The notes beneath the pieces are model-generated. The model was not told the DNA's origin. It saw only the letters and a program-made list of their open reading frames with translations, and ran no database searches. DNA of 64,000 bases from Pirellulales bacterium (lineage in GTDB: Bacteria > Planctomycetota > Planctomycetia > Pirellulales > JAICIG01), in NCBI GenBank assembly GCA_040901675.1, contig JBBDYJ010000035.1:213351-277350 (forward strand). The letters run 5' to 3'. This document shows positions 47,961 to 58,680 of the stretch, one piece after another. Position numbers and translations under genes: made by a program. The stretch's first letter is position 1; every line of letters begins with the position of its first letter.

Positions 47961-50570
47961 CTATTCAACACCGTGGGGAGCAGCGAGGACCGGTGGCGGC
48001 AGCTCATTGGCCGATTCACCGGACGTTTCCAGCCCAGGCGGGAGCAATTCGGCCGGATGGTGGCGGTGGCCGCCACGTAGCGACTGCGTCTCGGCCGTAA
48101 TCGGCCCCGGATCGATCCAGATCCCGCGGTCGTCCAGCAGCATGGTTCCCAGGTCGAAATCGAGACTCATTCGTTGGACCTCGTAGTTCACCCACACGCT
48201 CAGGAAGTTGTTCTGCGCCGCCGCCAGGTTGCCCAAGGCGTCGACCAGGTCGCGGGCCGTGGTATCGCCAAACTCGGAGGTCTCGGCCGGCCTGGGCGGC
48301 TGGCTCAGCTTGAGCCGGGCCAGGTCCACCTGGCCGATCGCCACCAGCACGGCGGCGCGGCGGAGTTCGAAGTTGACCTCGTTCAGCTCGACCTGCCGCA
48401 GCGTGTTGCGCAACCCCTGGTGGATGCGGTCTCGAAACTGCATCAGTGCCCGCCGCTGCTGCTGATATTCGATCAGCGCCTGCCGGTACACGTTCCGCTC
48501 CGACAGCCTGGTCAAGGGCGCGTCGAACTCCAGGCCGGCGGTCAGCCGTCCCGTGCTGTCGCGGAATTGGACCGGGTTATTGCCGGTGGTTCCCAGGTCG
48601 CCGCTGAGCGTCACGTCGAGCCCGCTCCGCAGCGCATTGGCGTTGAACCGAATCAACCGCCAGGTGTCGACCAGGTTCGCCTTGGCGTTCATCCAGTCGG
48701 GCCGGTTCTCCAAAGCGATCGCCAGGGCTGCCTCCGGCTCCAGCTCGATCGGCACCACCCCCACTACATCCAGCCGGGCCCGCGCTTGCAAGAGCGACAG
48801 CTCGAGCAGACGCCCCGACAACTGCGTCACCAGCCGCGCCAACCGCGTTCGAGCCGCCGAAGGCTCAATCCCCGGTAGCTCTCGACTCAACTGGTCGGCC
48901 TCTTGCCAGGTTGCCGCCAGCTCCGCCAGCAACCGGCCATAATCGCGATGGGCGGCTTCCAGCCGCCGATCGAGCTGCGCCGGATCGAACAACGTCGCGT
49001 CCAGGTCGCCGCGCTCGACCTCGGGGAGGTTTTGCAGCCGAACCAAGGCGGCTCGCCGGTCGGCCAGCCCGGACTCGAAATCCTCCAGATCACGCGCGAC
49101 AAGTTCCAGGTGCGCCTCCACCTCCTCGCGGATGGCCGGCAGGCGCCCGAGCCAGTTCTCAAGCTCGACCTGCGCCGCGGCCAATTCCGGATTGCGAACC
49201 AGGTCCAACAGTCCGGCGATTTCGTTCTGCAGTTCCACGATGGCCGAATCGATCAGGTTGAAGCGGTCCAACAAGGGATCGCTGACGACCAGGTTCACAT
49301 CGGGCGGCAATCCCAGCTCAATCTTGTAATCATCGAGATTGGCTTCGTAGGCCGCCTTGCTATTGAGCAGTTGGCTTTGGCCCGTGTACAGCGCCTGCCT
49401 GGCAAAGTCGACCTGGAAGCGGTTCTCGAGCCGGCCGGCATCGTAGGCGGCCTCCAACTGGGCGAGGCTGTCGCGTAGCCCGACCACGTTGGCTTCCTGG
49501 TTGCGGATGGCCTGCTGGTCCTGGAGCATGCCGATCAGGCCCCCGGCCTGTGCGGCACCCACGCCGCCCCCGCCGGCCAGGCCGCCTCCGCCGCCCAGGC
49601 CAAAGCCGCCGACGCGTCCGAAGCCGCCGCCACCGACGCCGCTGAAACCTTCCAGGCCGGCGCCGCCGAAGAAGCCGCCGCGGCGTGAGAGGCCTCCTCC
49701 ACCGCCCCGCCCGGTGGTGACCTCGACATAGAACCCCTGGCGGTATCGTTCGAGTTGCCGCACATTGCCCAGCAGGCCCCGCTCGGCCAGCGTCAGGCGC
49801 TCCAGGACACGGGCCCGGCCGCCAAACCGCAGCAGCGGCTGCAGCAGCGAGAAGTTGAGGATGGACGAGTGGAAGTTCGTGTCGGGCCCGGCGAACTGCC
49901 AGACGATCGAGTTGGCCAGCCCGGCCACGAGCTCGCCGCCGGTGGCAGTCAGCCGGCGGACTTCCAGATCGGTATCGGTGGTCAGCAGGCTCGACGAGCC
50001 GCCCGGGCCGCGCAGCCGGCCGTCTGCCGTAAAGAACGTGCGGTTGCCGCCGAAGAATTGGGCGTCGAAGCGGAACCGCTCGAACGTCACGTCCAGGGCC
50101 GAAAGGTAGAGCGTCTCGAGCTGCTCCTGGTAGTCGCGCGAATGGAGCCGCGCCAATTCCACCGCCCCTTCGCGGTCGATGACCACCTGTCCCTGGTCGT
50201 CGTAGGGCAAATAGGCCTGCCAGCTCGACAGCTCGATGTCCGCGACGTCACCGTCGCTGTGCCAGCCAGGCGCTCCGCGCTTGCCGTCGACATAATGCAT
50301 CAGCCGATGCGACTCGGGGTCGTCGGGCGGCATCGGCGGGCGATCGGGATCGAACGGGTCGAAGAACCTGGCCCGAGGATCGACATCGATCGTGAAATCA
50401 CGGACGCGGTAGCGTGGATTCCCGGTCGCCCCCGCCACGGCCGCGTAGCTATCACGGTCGGCCTGCCGCCGATAGTGCTCGCGGCCGCATCCCGATGGGA
50501 CTGCTAGCAGCGCGAGTGCCAGCAACCGCAACGCCTTGCGCGTGTGGGCGGTAGCGGGCCAGTGCAGCAT
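47961..50570 (-). CDS. Planctomycete TolC-family outer membrane lipoprotein
   Basis: Lipobox VPSGC; PPDDPESH; SRDYQEQLETLYLSALDV; QPLLR; Gly-rich insert. Confidence 0.85.
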   Translation of the reverse strand: MLHWPATAHTRKALRLLALALLAVPSGCGREHYRRQADRDSYAAVAGATGNPRYRVRDFTIDVDPRARFFDPFDPDRPPMPPDDPESHRLMHYVDGKRGAPGWHSDGDVADIELSSWQAYLPYDDQGQVVIDREGAVELARLHSRDYQEQLETLYLSALDVTFERFRFDAQFFGGNRTFFTADGRLRGPGGSSSLLTTDTDLEVRRLTATGGELVAGLANSIVWQFAGPDTNFHSSILNFSLLQPLLRFGGRARVLERLTLAERGLLGNVRQLERYRQGFYVEVTTGRGGGGGLSRRGGFFGGAGLEGFSGVGGGGFGRVGGFGLGGGGGLAGGGGVGAAQAGGLIGMLQDQQAIRNQEANVVGLRDSLAQLEAAYDAGRLENRFQVDFARQALYTGQSQLLNSKAAYEANLDDYKIELGLPPDVNLVVSDPLLDRFNLIDSAIVELQNEIAGLLDLVRNPELAAAQVELENWLGRLPAIREEVEAHLELVARDLEDFESGLADRRAALVRLQNLPEVERGDLDATLFDPAQLDRRLEAAHRDYGRLLAELAATWQEADQLSRELPGIEPSAARTRLARLVTQLSGRLLELSLLQARARLDVVGVVPIELEPEAALAIALENRPDWMNAKANLVDTWRLIRFNANALRSGLDVTLSGDLGTTGNNPVQFRDSTGRLTAGLEFDAPLTRLSERNVYRQALIEYQQQRRALMQFRDRIHQGLRNTLRQVELNEVNFELRRAAVLVAIGQVDLARLKLSQPPRPAETSEFGDTTARDLVDALGNLAAAQNNFLSVWVNYEVQRMSLDFDLGTMLLDDRGIWIDPGPITAETQSLRGGHRHHPAELLPPGLETSGESANELPPPVLAAPHGVE

Positions 50571-50584
50571 GCAGGTCTTTCCCA

Positions 50585-50632
50585 AGTAGAACGGAATTCA
50601 TTCCGCCCGACAGTAGAACGGAATTCATTCCG
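50585..50632. repeat. Direct repeat of the GTAG-type REP AGTAGAACGGAATTCATTCCG
   Basis: 50585-50605 is identical to 50612-50632; each copy is internally palindromic. Confidence 0.85.
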
Positions 50633-50799
50633 TTTCCGTTTTAAGCCCAACGGCACGAGTCCGCGCGTGGCACTGCCGCGCCGATTACTGACTTCGGGTG
50701 GCGGACTCTGCCGGCTTGAGCAATCTTGCCGGTGCCCAGAAGGGAGGGCGCAGTGGAGTGGGGAAGTGGAGCGGAATAGTGAAGGCAGCATGAACCCAA

Positions 50800-51040
50800 T
50801 CGCTTCGGTGCCTGCCAGCGCGAAACGAGCTTTGCCAAATCAGGCCGGTACTTGAGAAACCATGTGAGCCGGCGGCTGAACCCCGGCAGCCCCTTCAGCA
50901 TCTCAGGCTCCAGCGTTTCCACGGCAAACAGCGGAATCAGCCCCACCATCGAACGCACCTTTAGCTTGCTCATTCGGCCGTCGGGCAATTGCCGTTCGTC
51001 GTAGTAGAACTCATCCTCTTCGTCCCATAGGCCCGCGCGG
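50800..51040 (-). pseudogene. Internal fragment of a GH63/MGH1-like glucosidase
   Basis: [12 protein letters not shown]...LKVRSMVGLIPLFAV...RLTWFLKYRPDL. Confidence 0.8.
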
Positions 51041-53788
51041 TCCTCGCACCAGCTTCGCCACCTCAATGACCGTCACGGGCGCCAAGGCCAGCGCTGCGAT
51101 CATCAGCCATTGCCAGGCAAAGTCAAGCGGGGCCACCTTGAACAGCGGCTGCAGGAAGGGCAGCGTCACGACGGCCAGTTGCAGGAGGGCCGACAGGGCA
51201 ATCGCGCCCAGGAGCCAGGGATTGGAGAAGAGGCCGAGTTGCGGCAGCGTGAACCGCTCGCTGCGGCACCCGAACGAGAAAAGGAGCTGGCCGAAAGCGA
51301 GCGTGCAGAACGCCGCGGTGCGGGCGGCCGGCAGGTTCTCCTCGATCCCTCGATACATGACATAGAAGGCCACGGCGGCCACGGCCGCGTTGAGGCCGCC
51401 GTGGTACAAAATCAGCCGTCCGCGGCGGCGGGTGAGTACTCGCTCCTGCGGCGGCCGCGGCGGACGGTCCATGACATCGGGCTCGGGCGGCTCGACCCCC
51501 AGCGCTAGCGCGGGCAGTGCGTCGGTGACCAAATTGATCCAGAGGATCTGAATGGCGAAGAGTGGCGCCGGCCAGCCTACGAGCGTCGTGAAGAACATGA
51601 ATAACACCTCGCCGGCGTTCGTGGCGAGCAAGTAGTGCACGAACTTGCGGATGTTATCGTAGATCGTGCGGCCCTCTTCGACGGCGTTGACGATCGAGGC
51701 GAAATTGTCGTCGATCAGCACCATGTCCGACGCCTCCTTCGTCACGTCCGTGCCGGTGACGCCCATGGCGATGCCGATGTCGGCGGCCTTGATCGCCGGG
51801 GCGTCATTCACCCCGTCCCCGGTCATCGCCACCACCTGCCCGCGCTCGCGCCAAGCCTTCACGATCCGCAGCTTGTGGGCGGCCGTGACCCGGGCATAGA
51901 CGGAGATCTGCTCTACCTCCTTGGTGAGATCCTCGTCGCTGATGCGGTCCAGATCATTGCCGGTAACCACGCGCTGCCCCTCGCCCAGGATCGCCAAGTC
52001 CTCGGCGATGGCCTTAGCCGTATCGGGATGGTCACCCGTGATCATCACGGGGCGGATGCCGGCCGACACGCATCGCCCTATGGCCGCGCGGGCCTCATCC
52101 CGCGGCGGGTCAATCATCCCGGCCAGGCCCGCGAAGACGAGGTTGGTCTCGCCGGGCTCGTGTTCCGCGACCGCGCGGTACGCCAAGCCCAGCACCCGCA
52201 GGGCCCTCTCGCCCATGTCGTGGGCGGCCCGAAGGACTTCGGAGCGGCGGGCATCGTTGAGCGGCCGGTCCTCATCCTTGTAACGCTCGCGGGTGCATTT
52301 GCCGAGCACCACTTCGGGAGCGCCCTTCGTGTACATGACAAGACGGTCGCCATCCCCTCGAACGACCACCGACATCGCCTTGCGGTCGGAACTGAAGGGA
52401 ATTTCCTGGACGACGTGCTGCTCGCGGTCCGGTATCCGCACGCCGGCTTTCATCGCAGCGACAAGCAGCGCCCCCTCCGTGGGGTCGCCGACCAGCTCCC
52501 ACGTCCCTGCCCCGTCTCCCCGCGTTACTTGCGCGTGGCCGCACCAGGCCCCGACCGTCATCGCCTGCAACAGCTCCGGTTCTTGCCGAGGATCGACGGC
52601 GCTGGCGTCCGCATCCATATTTGCCGCCTGGGATGCGGGCCGCCTTCGGAACTCGCCCTCCGGCGCGTACCCGCCGCCCGTGACGTCGTACCACTGCCCT
52701 GCTACCTCGACCTCACGGACGGTCATTTCGTTGCGGGTGAGCGTGCCGGTCTTGTCCGAGCAGATCACCGTCACTGCGCCCAGCGTCTCCACGCTGGGAA
52801 GCCGGCGGATGAGGGCGTTGCGGCGGGCCATCCGCTGCAACCCCAAGGCCAGCGCAACGGTCACAACCGCCGCCAGCCCTTCGGGGACCGCGGCCACCGC
52901 CAGGCTCACCGAGAGCAGCAACGCGTCGAGGACCTTGCCCCCCCGCAGGAGTTGCAAGACGAAGATCACCGCGACGACGCTGAGCACGACGTAGACCAGT
53001 GTCCGGCCCAGCTCGGCCAGTCTGCGTTGCAGGGGCGTGGACTCTGGCTGCTGGCGCTGGAGCATGCCGGCGATGCGTCCGATCTCCGTTTCCATCCCGG
53101 TGGCGACGACCACGGCGCCGGCCGTGCCAGCGGAAACGGCGGTGCCCATGTATGCCATGTTCACTCGGTCTCCCAGCGGCGCGTTCTCGTCGAGCGCGGG
53201 GCGGTGATCCTTTTCCGCCGGGACCGACTCGCCGGTGAGCGCGGACTCCTCGGCGCGGAGCCCGGCGCTGCCGATGAGCCGTACGTCAGCGGGCACGCGG
53301 TCGCCGGCCTCAAGATCGATCCGATCTCCCGGCACGAGATCGGCGGCCGGCAGGTTCTGTAACCGACCGTCGCGGTGAGTCTTGGCATGGGGGGACGAGA
53401 GCTTCTGCAGCGCCGCCAGGGCTTGCTCGGCCCTGCCCTCCTGCACGAAGCCCAGCAGGCCATTGAGGACCACGATGGCGAGGATGGCGCCCACGTCCAG
53501 CCATTCGCCCAGCACCCCGGAAAGGATGGCCGCGGCGATGAGGATCCAGATCAGGAGGTCGGCAAACTGCCGTGCGAGCCGCCGCCACCACGGCGTGCGC
53601 GGTGATTGTGCCAGCTCGTTGCGGCCGTAGTGGGCTCGCCGTTCGTCGGCCGCGGCGCTGGTCAGCCCTTCATTGGCGTCCGTGCCCAGGGTTCGGATGA
53701 CCTCTTCCGCCGCCACCGCGTGGGGCGCTTGTAATAAAGGGTGATTAGCGCTCAACGGATCCTCCCCAACCCTTGCTATGTCTCTCAC
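51011..53788 (-). CDS. Cation-transporting P-type ATPase (P2A, Ca2+-like)
   Basis: LTGES, PEGL, DKTGTLT, KGAPE, TGDGVND, WINLVTD. Confidence 0.95.
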   Translation of the reverse strand: MRDIARVGEDPLSANHPLLQAPHAVAAEEVIRTLGTDANEGLTSAAADERRAHYGRNELAQSPRTPWWRRLARQFADLLIWILIAAAILSGVLGEWLDVGAILAIVVLNGLLGFVQEGRAEQALAALQKLSSPHAKTHRDGRLQNLPAADLVPGDRIDLEAGDRVPADVRLIGSAGLRAEESALTGESVPAEKDHRPALDENAPLGDRVNMAYMGTAVSAGTAGAVVVATGMETEIGRIAGMLQRQQPESTPLQRRLAELGRTLVYVVLSVVAVIFVLQLLRGGKVLDALLLSVSLAVAAVPEGLAAVVTVALALGLQRMARRNALIRRLPSVETLGAVTVICSDKTGTLTRNEMTVREVEVAGQWYDVTGGGYAPEGEFRRRPASQAANMDADASAVDPRQEPELLQAMTVGAWCGHAQVTRGDGAGTWELVGDPTEGALLVAAMKAGVRIPDREQHVVQEIPFSSDRKAMSVVVRGDGDRLVMYTKGAPEVVLGKCTRERYKDEDRPLNDARRSEVLRAAHDMGERALRVLGLAYRAVAEHEPGETNLVFAGLAGMIDPPRDEARAAIGRCVSAGIRPVMITGDHPDTAKAIAEDLAILGEGQRVVTGNDLDRISDEDLTKEVEQISVYARVTAAHKLRIVKAWRERGQVVAMTGDGVNDAPAIKAADIGIAMGVTGTDVTKEASDMVLIDDNFASIVNAVEEGRTIYDNIRKFVHYLLATNAGEVLFMFFTTLVGWPAPLFAIQILWINLVTDALPALALGVEPPEPDVMDRPPRPPQERVLTRRRGRLILYHGGLNAAVAAVAFYVMYRGIEENLPAARTAAFCTLAFGQLLFSFGCRSERFTLPQLGLFSNPWLLGAIALSALLQLAVVTLPFLQPLFKVAPLDFAWQWLMIAALALAPVTVIEVAKLVRGPRGPMGRRG

Positions 53789-53877
53789 CCTGCTCGGACG
53801 GTTCCCGTCTCTCCGGGTTCATCGATGCAAGCGAGGACGCGATACACGTGGTGGTACTCCATGAGGCAGCCGTGCGT

Positions 53878-54250
53878 TTAGGCTTCCGCACTGTCCTGCC
53901 GCCAAGGGGTGGAGGCGTCCCGCTCCTGGGGACTGGTTTCGCCCACGTGGCCGGCCTCCGCCAGGCGATCCAGTAGCAGATGAAAGTAAACGAGCCCAGA
54001 GTAACTGCCCCAGCGGGACAGAACCCGCCGGACTCCCTCGTAATCGAGCGGCTTGGACAGACGCAGCCAATGCTGAAGGTTATTGCGGGCGCCCACGTCA
54101 TCGCCTGGAAAGACATGGGCGCGCCCAAAGCCGCGCAGCATGATATACTCCGCGGTCCAACGCCCTACGCCACGAAGTTCACAAAGCCGCTTCACGGCCT
54201 CGTCGTCGGGTAAGTCCGCCATCTCTTCCAGGTCCAGATTTCCCTCAGCT
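53878..54250 (-). pseudogene. C-terminal fragment of an AlkA-like HhH-GPD glycosylase
   Basis: LRGVGRWTAEYIMLRGFGR..VFPGDDVG; N-terminal domains absent. Confidence 0.8.
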
Positions 54251-54320
54251 ACTCTGGACGGACGCGACGCCGGCGTGGAACGTCTGCGCACATGGACGCG
54301 GCCAGGGAAGCGCCCGCCAT

Positions 54321-54830
54321 TTACGCTACCTCTTGCAGGTGCGCCTCCAAAAACCAGAGGGCCTTGTCGAGCCCCCGCGACAGCTCGGTGAACAAGTCCG
54401 CGGTCGCCGCGTCGCCCTGTTTTTCGGCCGGCTTGATTGCCTGCCGCATGCTGGAGGCGAGAGCCGCGTAGCGCTCGGCAACTGCCTCTACTGTCGGCAG
54501 GCTCTCCGTCACCGCTAGCTCGTACTCAGGCAATTGTGAGTTTGCCGCCGCCAGACGAACTGTACCCAGTGCGAGCCCGCCCAGCGCCGTTGCCCGCTCG
54601 GCGATCATGTCCGCGTAGCCGTCCAACTCCCCGGCCAGCTTGTCAAAAAGCTCGTGGAGCGGAAAGAACTGGGCTCCTTTGACATTCCAGTGCGCCTGCT
54701 TCGTCTGGCTGTAAAGGTCGAGAGTGTCCGCCAACTGCTGGTTTAGCAGCGCGATCATCGGTCCCCGTACTTCCTCCGAAAGATCGTTGCGCGTGCGGAA
54801 CATCTTTTCCGTATTCGTCGCAGTCACCAT
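54321..54830 (-). CDS. dps: DNA starvation/stationary-phase protection protein Dps
   Basis: KQAHWNVKG..FFPLHELFD, DMIAER, DKALWFLEAH. Confidence 0.95.
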   Translation of the reverse strand: MVTATNTEKMFRTRNDLSEEVRGPMIALLNQQLADTLDLYSQTKQAHWNVKGAQFFPLHELFDKLAGELDGYADMIAERATALGGLALGTVRLAAANSQLPEYELAVTESLPTVEAVAERYAALASSMRQAIKPAEKQGDAATADLFTELSRGLDKALWFLEAHLQEVA

Positions 54831-54884
54831 GAGAATTCTCCTGCAAAAAATGTGTCACGCGTACAAAAGGGTGATCCAATGATC

Positions 54885-55259
54885 TCACCTCGTGTGCCAG
54901 GTGATCGTCATCAGGCCGAAATGCACGAGGCGACGGGCGCCGTGTTGCGTGGCGACACTGACGGCCTCGTCCACACGATCGGACGGCGTCTCGATGCCGA
55001 CGATAATGTTGCCGGCCTTCAATTCCTCGATATGCCGATTCAGTACTCGCTCTTCCAAGTCGCTAAAGAAGAATGTGCTGACGCGTTCGAGAAGCTGAAC
55101 GCCCTCTTCACCACAGATTGCCGTGATCTTGTCAAAGCCAGCGTTCTTTAATGTCCGAACCAGGTCGTCAAACTCGGCGCGCGTGTCAACGATGCCGAGC
55201 ACTTTTCCCGTCGGAACGCCGAGCGTTTGCCCCTCGTCGCGAATCCGCTCGAAGCTCAT
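54885..55259 (-). CDS. Hypothetical ~124-aa protein
   Basis: GAGGAGG RBS before ATG; coherent ORF within the operon. Confidence 0.7.
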   Translation of the reverse strand: MSFERIRDEGQTLGVPTGKVLGIVDTRAEFDDLVRTLKNAGFDKITAICGEEGVQLLERVSTFFFSDLEERVLNRHIEELKAGNIIVGIETPSDRVDEAVSVATQHGARRLVHFGLMTITWHTR

Positions 55260-55299
55260 TGAGACCTCCTCGATTGGTTGAGCGAACGCCCGTCGGCGA

Positions 55300-55442
55300 C
55301 ATGGGCTCGGGGCCACGTCCTTGAGCCATAAGTCCACGGCCGCGCGCTCTTTGGTCAAACCGCGCGGCCACAGCCGATCGACCAGGATTCGCACGCCGTC
55401 CGCGCGAGAAGGCTTTTTGTAAACTCGCTTCAATTGGATCAT
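55300..55442 (-). pseudogene. N-terminal stub of DUF488/YeaO, in frame with the downstream gene
   Basis: MIQLKRVY...[18 protein letters not shown]...WLKDVAPS, after which similarity stops. Confidence 0.8.
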
Positions 55443-55458
55443 GGCCGTGCCTACCTGG

Positions 55459-55923
55459 CTAGACACCAAAGGGCTTCGAGTCGAACTCCCGGCTGAGGCG
55501 GGCCAGAGCCAGTGCCCCCAGCGACAGGCCGAAGTCACGCAGGGCGATGTCGAAGAAGCTGGGGATCAGTAACAGGTTGACGATGATCCCCCAGAGCCAC
55601 AGCGCCACAACGTAGGCCCCGATCCGGGGCCGAAAACCGACGAGCAACCCGGCAGCAATTTCGATCACGCCGACCGCCAGCATGAACGTGTGACCCGCAA
55701 TCGGCAGCAACTGCGTAACCTGCGGCGCAAGGTACTGGTCCCAGTCGCCCAGCAGATGGAAGAACTTGTCGAGGCCGGCGACGATCGGCAACACGACGAA
55801 GCCGATGTGCAACATCAGATACGCCTGGTAGCCCGGCCGTGTGGCCAGAGATGAGATGCCGGAGGGTGAGATGCCGGAAACCGCGGGGGCCGGCGCTGCA
55901 TCAGCGTTCAATACGCGAGTCAT
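55459..55923 (-). CDS. DoxX-like membrane protein
   Basis: [33 protein letters not shown]. Confidence 0.8.
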   Translation of the reverse strand: MTRVLNADAAPAPAVSGISPSGISSLATRPGYQAYLMLHIGFVVLPIVAGLDKFFHLLGDWDQYLAPQVTQLLPIAGHTFMLAVGVIEIAAGLLVGFRPRIGAYVVALWLWGIIVNLLLIPSFFDIALRDFGLSLGALALARLSREFDSKPFGV

Positions 55924-56010
55924 GTTCAGTCTCCTTCTGTGGGAAAGGCCCCGCCGTCTTGCGATCGCGCGGACGTGTGCCGTAAATCAGCGCGCCGTCA
56001 TACGGCGAAT

Positions 56011-56026
56011 TGCACGTTCCGTGCCA
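56011..56026 (-). promoter_or_regulatory. Sigma54 promoter TGGCACGGAACGTGCA
   Basis: GG-N10-GC with TGGCAC, about 90 nt upstream of the doxX-dps operon. Confidence 0.8.
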
Positions 56027-56048
56027 GAAACGAACCTTTGCGTTGGAG

Positions 56049-56249
56049 TTAACGCGGCGCCGACGGCGATGCGGCGGCCAGAGTCCAGGCCGGCGGGTCG
56101 CTGGCCGGGAACGAATCTCGGGACGCCTCATCGACGGCGTCATATCGCTCGGTCGCGTTTGCATTGTTGGCGGATTCGCCCCCGACATGTTCGGATGCGC
56201 CGACCACGTCTTGCCGATCGACGGCCAAGTGTTGACGAGTCATCGTCAT
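56049..56249 (-). CDS. Small acidic protein with a VDEASxxSFPASDPPAW motif
   Basis: GGAG RBS; recognisable conserved motif. Confidence 0.75.
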   Translation of the reverse strand: MTMTRQHLAVDRQDVVGASEHVGGESANNANATERYDAVDEASRDSFPASDPPAWTLAAASPSAPR

Positions 56250-56343
56250 ATCCGTATTTCTCCGTAACGGTCGTGTAGAAGCGCCGATCACGGCATACCC
56301 GAAGGGTCGTCTTAGCACCAGTGTACGGTTCTACGCCTTCAAT

Positions 56344-56359
56344 AGCACGTGTCGTGCCA
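56344..56359 (-). promoter_or_regulatory. Sigma54 promoter TGGCACGACACGTGCT
   Basis: GG-N10-GC, about 95 nt upstream of ATG 56249. Confidence 0.75.
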
Positions 56360-56545
56360 GGCCACGCGAGCCCGCAGTGAAGGCGGACAAATATTGACCG
56401 CGCTTGGAAAGCACCTGCGCAGACAAGCGAAGAATGACGGGCGTATAGCCCGTTTGGTGTTTGAGGCCTCGCCGAACGGAGCCTCGGGAAAGGAATATAC
56501 GCCCAAGGTTCGGGGGCGCTTCGCGAAATCTACTGGTTCGAGCAG

Positions 56546-56560
56546 CGGCACGAGTTTTGC
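56546..56560 (+). promoter_or_regulatory. Sigma54 promoter CGGCACGAGTTTTGC
   Basis: GG-N10-GC with TTGC, about 90 nt upstream of rnk. Confidence 0.75.
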
Positions 56561-56648
56561 GTCGAAAGTCCATGGGCCGTGTGCAATGGGAACCATTCGG
56601 CCCGTGCACGGTTTGGGCTGAGGCCGGAGCTATTGAAGGAGAACCAGC

Positions 56649-57065
56649 ATGGCTAATCGCAACATTCTGATTACCGACGCGGACCGGAGGCGGCTTGGTA
56701 CGCTCATCGAGCGGGCCACGAACATCGGCCTTGTGGATCGCCGCTACATCGACGACCTATCGCACGAACTGGAACGAGCGACAGCCGTCGATCCCGATGA
56801 CGTGCCGAACGACGTCATCACGATGAACTCGACCGTGCGCGTGCGGGACCTGGATACGGGAGAGGTCGAAACGTACACCCTGGTCTATCCAGCCGAGGCG
56901 GATATCGAGGAGAAGCGGATTTCCGTGCTGGCCCCCGTGGGGACGGCCATCATTGGTTATCGCGTTGGCGACGTCATCAAGTGGCCGGTGCCCAGTGGGT
57001 TTGTGCGCCTGCGCGTGGAAGCGATTATCTACCAGCCGGAGCACGCCGGCGCAATGCGCGGCTAG
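56649..57065 (+). CDS. rnk: Regulator of nucleoside diphosphate kinase (GreA/GreB family)
   Basis: DVITMNSTV, TLVYP, ISVLAPVGTAIIG, IIYQPE. Confidence 0.92.
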   Translation: MANRNILITDADRRRLGTLIERATNIGLVDRRYIDDLSHELERATAVDPDDVPNDVITMNSTVRVRDLDTGEVETYTLVYPAEADIEEKRISVLAPVGTAIIGYRVGDVIKWPVPSGFVRLRVEAIIYQPEHAGAMRG

Positions 57066-57069
57066 CCGC

Positions 57070-57339
57070 TCAGGCTCCGGCGGCCGGGGCGCCCTCGACT
57101 TCGATGGTCCGGGCAGCCGCGGTCCCAGCGCGTGAGCGGAACGTCACTCTGACACGGTCGCCTGGCTGGAGCATGCGAAGCTTGACCGGCTCGCCACGGA
57201 GGACAACCATGCAGTCGGGCGGAACGCCGATGTTCAGGCGCGCCTCGCCGATCAGCAGTTCCAACTCGCGGTTGACCAGGTCAATCCGGCAAATGACTGC
57301 CCGTGCTTGAGACCATGCCGGAGTATTTGAAGTCGGCAT
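57070..57339 (-). CDS. Small OB-fold-like hypothetical protein
   Basis: AAGGAG RBS; VPPDC..LRGEPVKLRMLQPGDRVRV. Confidence 0.7.
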   Translation of the reverse strand: MPTSNTPAWSQARAVICRIDLVNRELELLIGEARLNIGVPPDCMVVLRGEPVKLRMLQPGDRVRVTFRSRAGTAAARTIEVEGAPAAGA

Positions 57340-57378
57340 CCCAATCTGCTCCTTTTGCGCCCGGCTGCAAAAGCCAGG

Positions 57379-57394
57379 AGCAACACCCGTGCCA
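57379..57394 (-). promoter_or_regulatory. Sigma54 promoter TGGCACGGGTGTTGCT
   Basis: Near-perfect TGGCAC-N5-TTGCW, 40 nt upstream of ATG 57339. Confidence 0.85.
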
Positions 57395-57425
57395 CATGGG
57401 TGACTCATTGTTTACAATGAGCCGC

Positions 57426-58649
57426 ATGACCCGTCAGAATGACGCAGCGGATGAGCGATCTGGAACGGCGGCCCGCCGGCAAGCCCTGCTGGCCGACTTC
57501 GGACGCCGAGCGCTAACGGGCACCGACGCAGGGCTCCTCTTGCGGAAGGCGGTTGAGTTCGCGCGCAACGAACTGGACGTGGAGCACTGCGACTTGCTGG
57601 AATTGCTGCCGGATGGCACAGCGCTGCTCCGGGCAGCCCGTGGTTGGCGCGACGGCCAGATTGGTCCAGGTCCTCTTGCCCTGAACGACGGCTCGCCAGC
57701 AGCGCGCGTGCTCCGGGAGCAGGCCCCGCTGGTGATCGATGATCTGGAAACCGACGAGCGGTTCAGCGCGCCATCCCTGCTCCACGAGCACGGCGTCGTG
57801 AGCAGCCTCAATGTGCCGTTGTACGGCCAGGCTCGTCCCTTTGGCGTATTGGGGGCTCATGCCGTCCGCCGGCGGGCATTCACGACCGACGACGCGAACT
57901 TTCTGCAGACGCTGGCCCACTTGCTGTCGGCCGTCATGGAGCGCACGTCGCGGGAGGAGGGCAGACGCAAGCAGCATTTGCACCGTGCGGAGCAGATGAT
58001 GGCCATAGGTCAGGTGGCGGCCGGCGTCGCTCACGAGCTGCGCAATCCATTGACTTCGATCAAGGGTCTGGTCCAAGTCAATCTTCGAGAAGCGAAATCG
58101 CGGGCGTTGCCTTGGGAAGATCTTGCAGTGATCGAACATGAGATTCGCCGGATGGAGCGGACGCTGCAAACGTTTCTCGACTTCGCGCGGCCCCCGCGGC
58201 CTGATCGGAAACCCCTGGATCCGGCCGATGTCGTCGATCGCGTCTTCGCTTTGCTCGCCGGCCGCGCGCGTAAACAGAGCGTTGCCTTGCGCTTCACGCG
58301 GAAAGGGGTAATTTCCGTGGAAGCCGACCAGGATCAACTTCAGCAACTGCTGCTCAATCTCGTTCTCAACGCGCTGGACGCGATGCCGGAGGGCGGGGCC
58401 GTCGATGTCGAAGTGCGGCAGCCAAGCGACGGGTACGCGGAACTGATCCTGCGCGACACTGGACCGGGGATTCCGCCGCACATCTTGCCCAAGGTGTTCG
58501 AGACCTTCGTGAGCAGCAAGGAGACGGGCGTGGGCCTCGGCCTGCCGGTCTCGCGGCGCATCGCGGAGGACCACGGCGGGACGCTGTCGGCCTATAATCT
58601 GCCAGGAGGAGGCGCATGCTTCGTCCTGCGCTTGCCGCACCGCGGCTGA
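57426..58649 (+). CDS. Cytoplasmic GAF-domain sensor histidine kinase
   Basis: GAF region; AHELRNPL; NLVLNALDA; DTGPGI; GLGL; start 57417 or 57426. Confidence 0.92.
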   Translation: MTRQNDAADERSGTAARRQALLADFGRRALTGTDAGLLLRKAVEFARNELDVEHCDLLELLPDGTALLRAARGWRDGQIGPGPLALNDGSPAARVLREQAPLVIDDLETDERFSAPSLLHEHGVVSSLNVPLYGQARPFGVLGAHAVRRRAFTTDDANFLQTLAHLLSAVMERTSREEGRRKQHLHRAEQMMAIGQVAAGVAHELRNPLTSIKGLVQVNLREAKSRALPWEDLAVIEHEIRRMERTLQTFLDFARPPRPDRKPLDPADVVDRVFALLAGRARKQSVALRFTRKGVISVEADQDQLQQLLLNLVLNALDAMPEGGAVDVEVRQPSDGYAELILRDTGPGIPPHILPKVFETFVSSKETGVGLGLPVSRRIAEDHGGTLSAYNLPGGGACFVLRLPHRG

Positions 58650-58680
58650 TGGAAGCAGCCAGGTGCAACAGAGAGGCATC

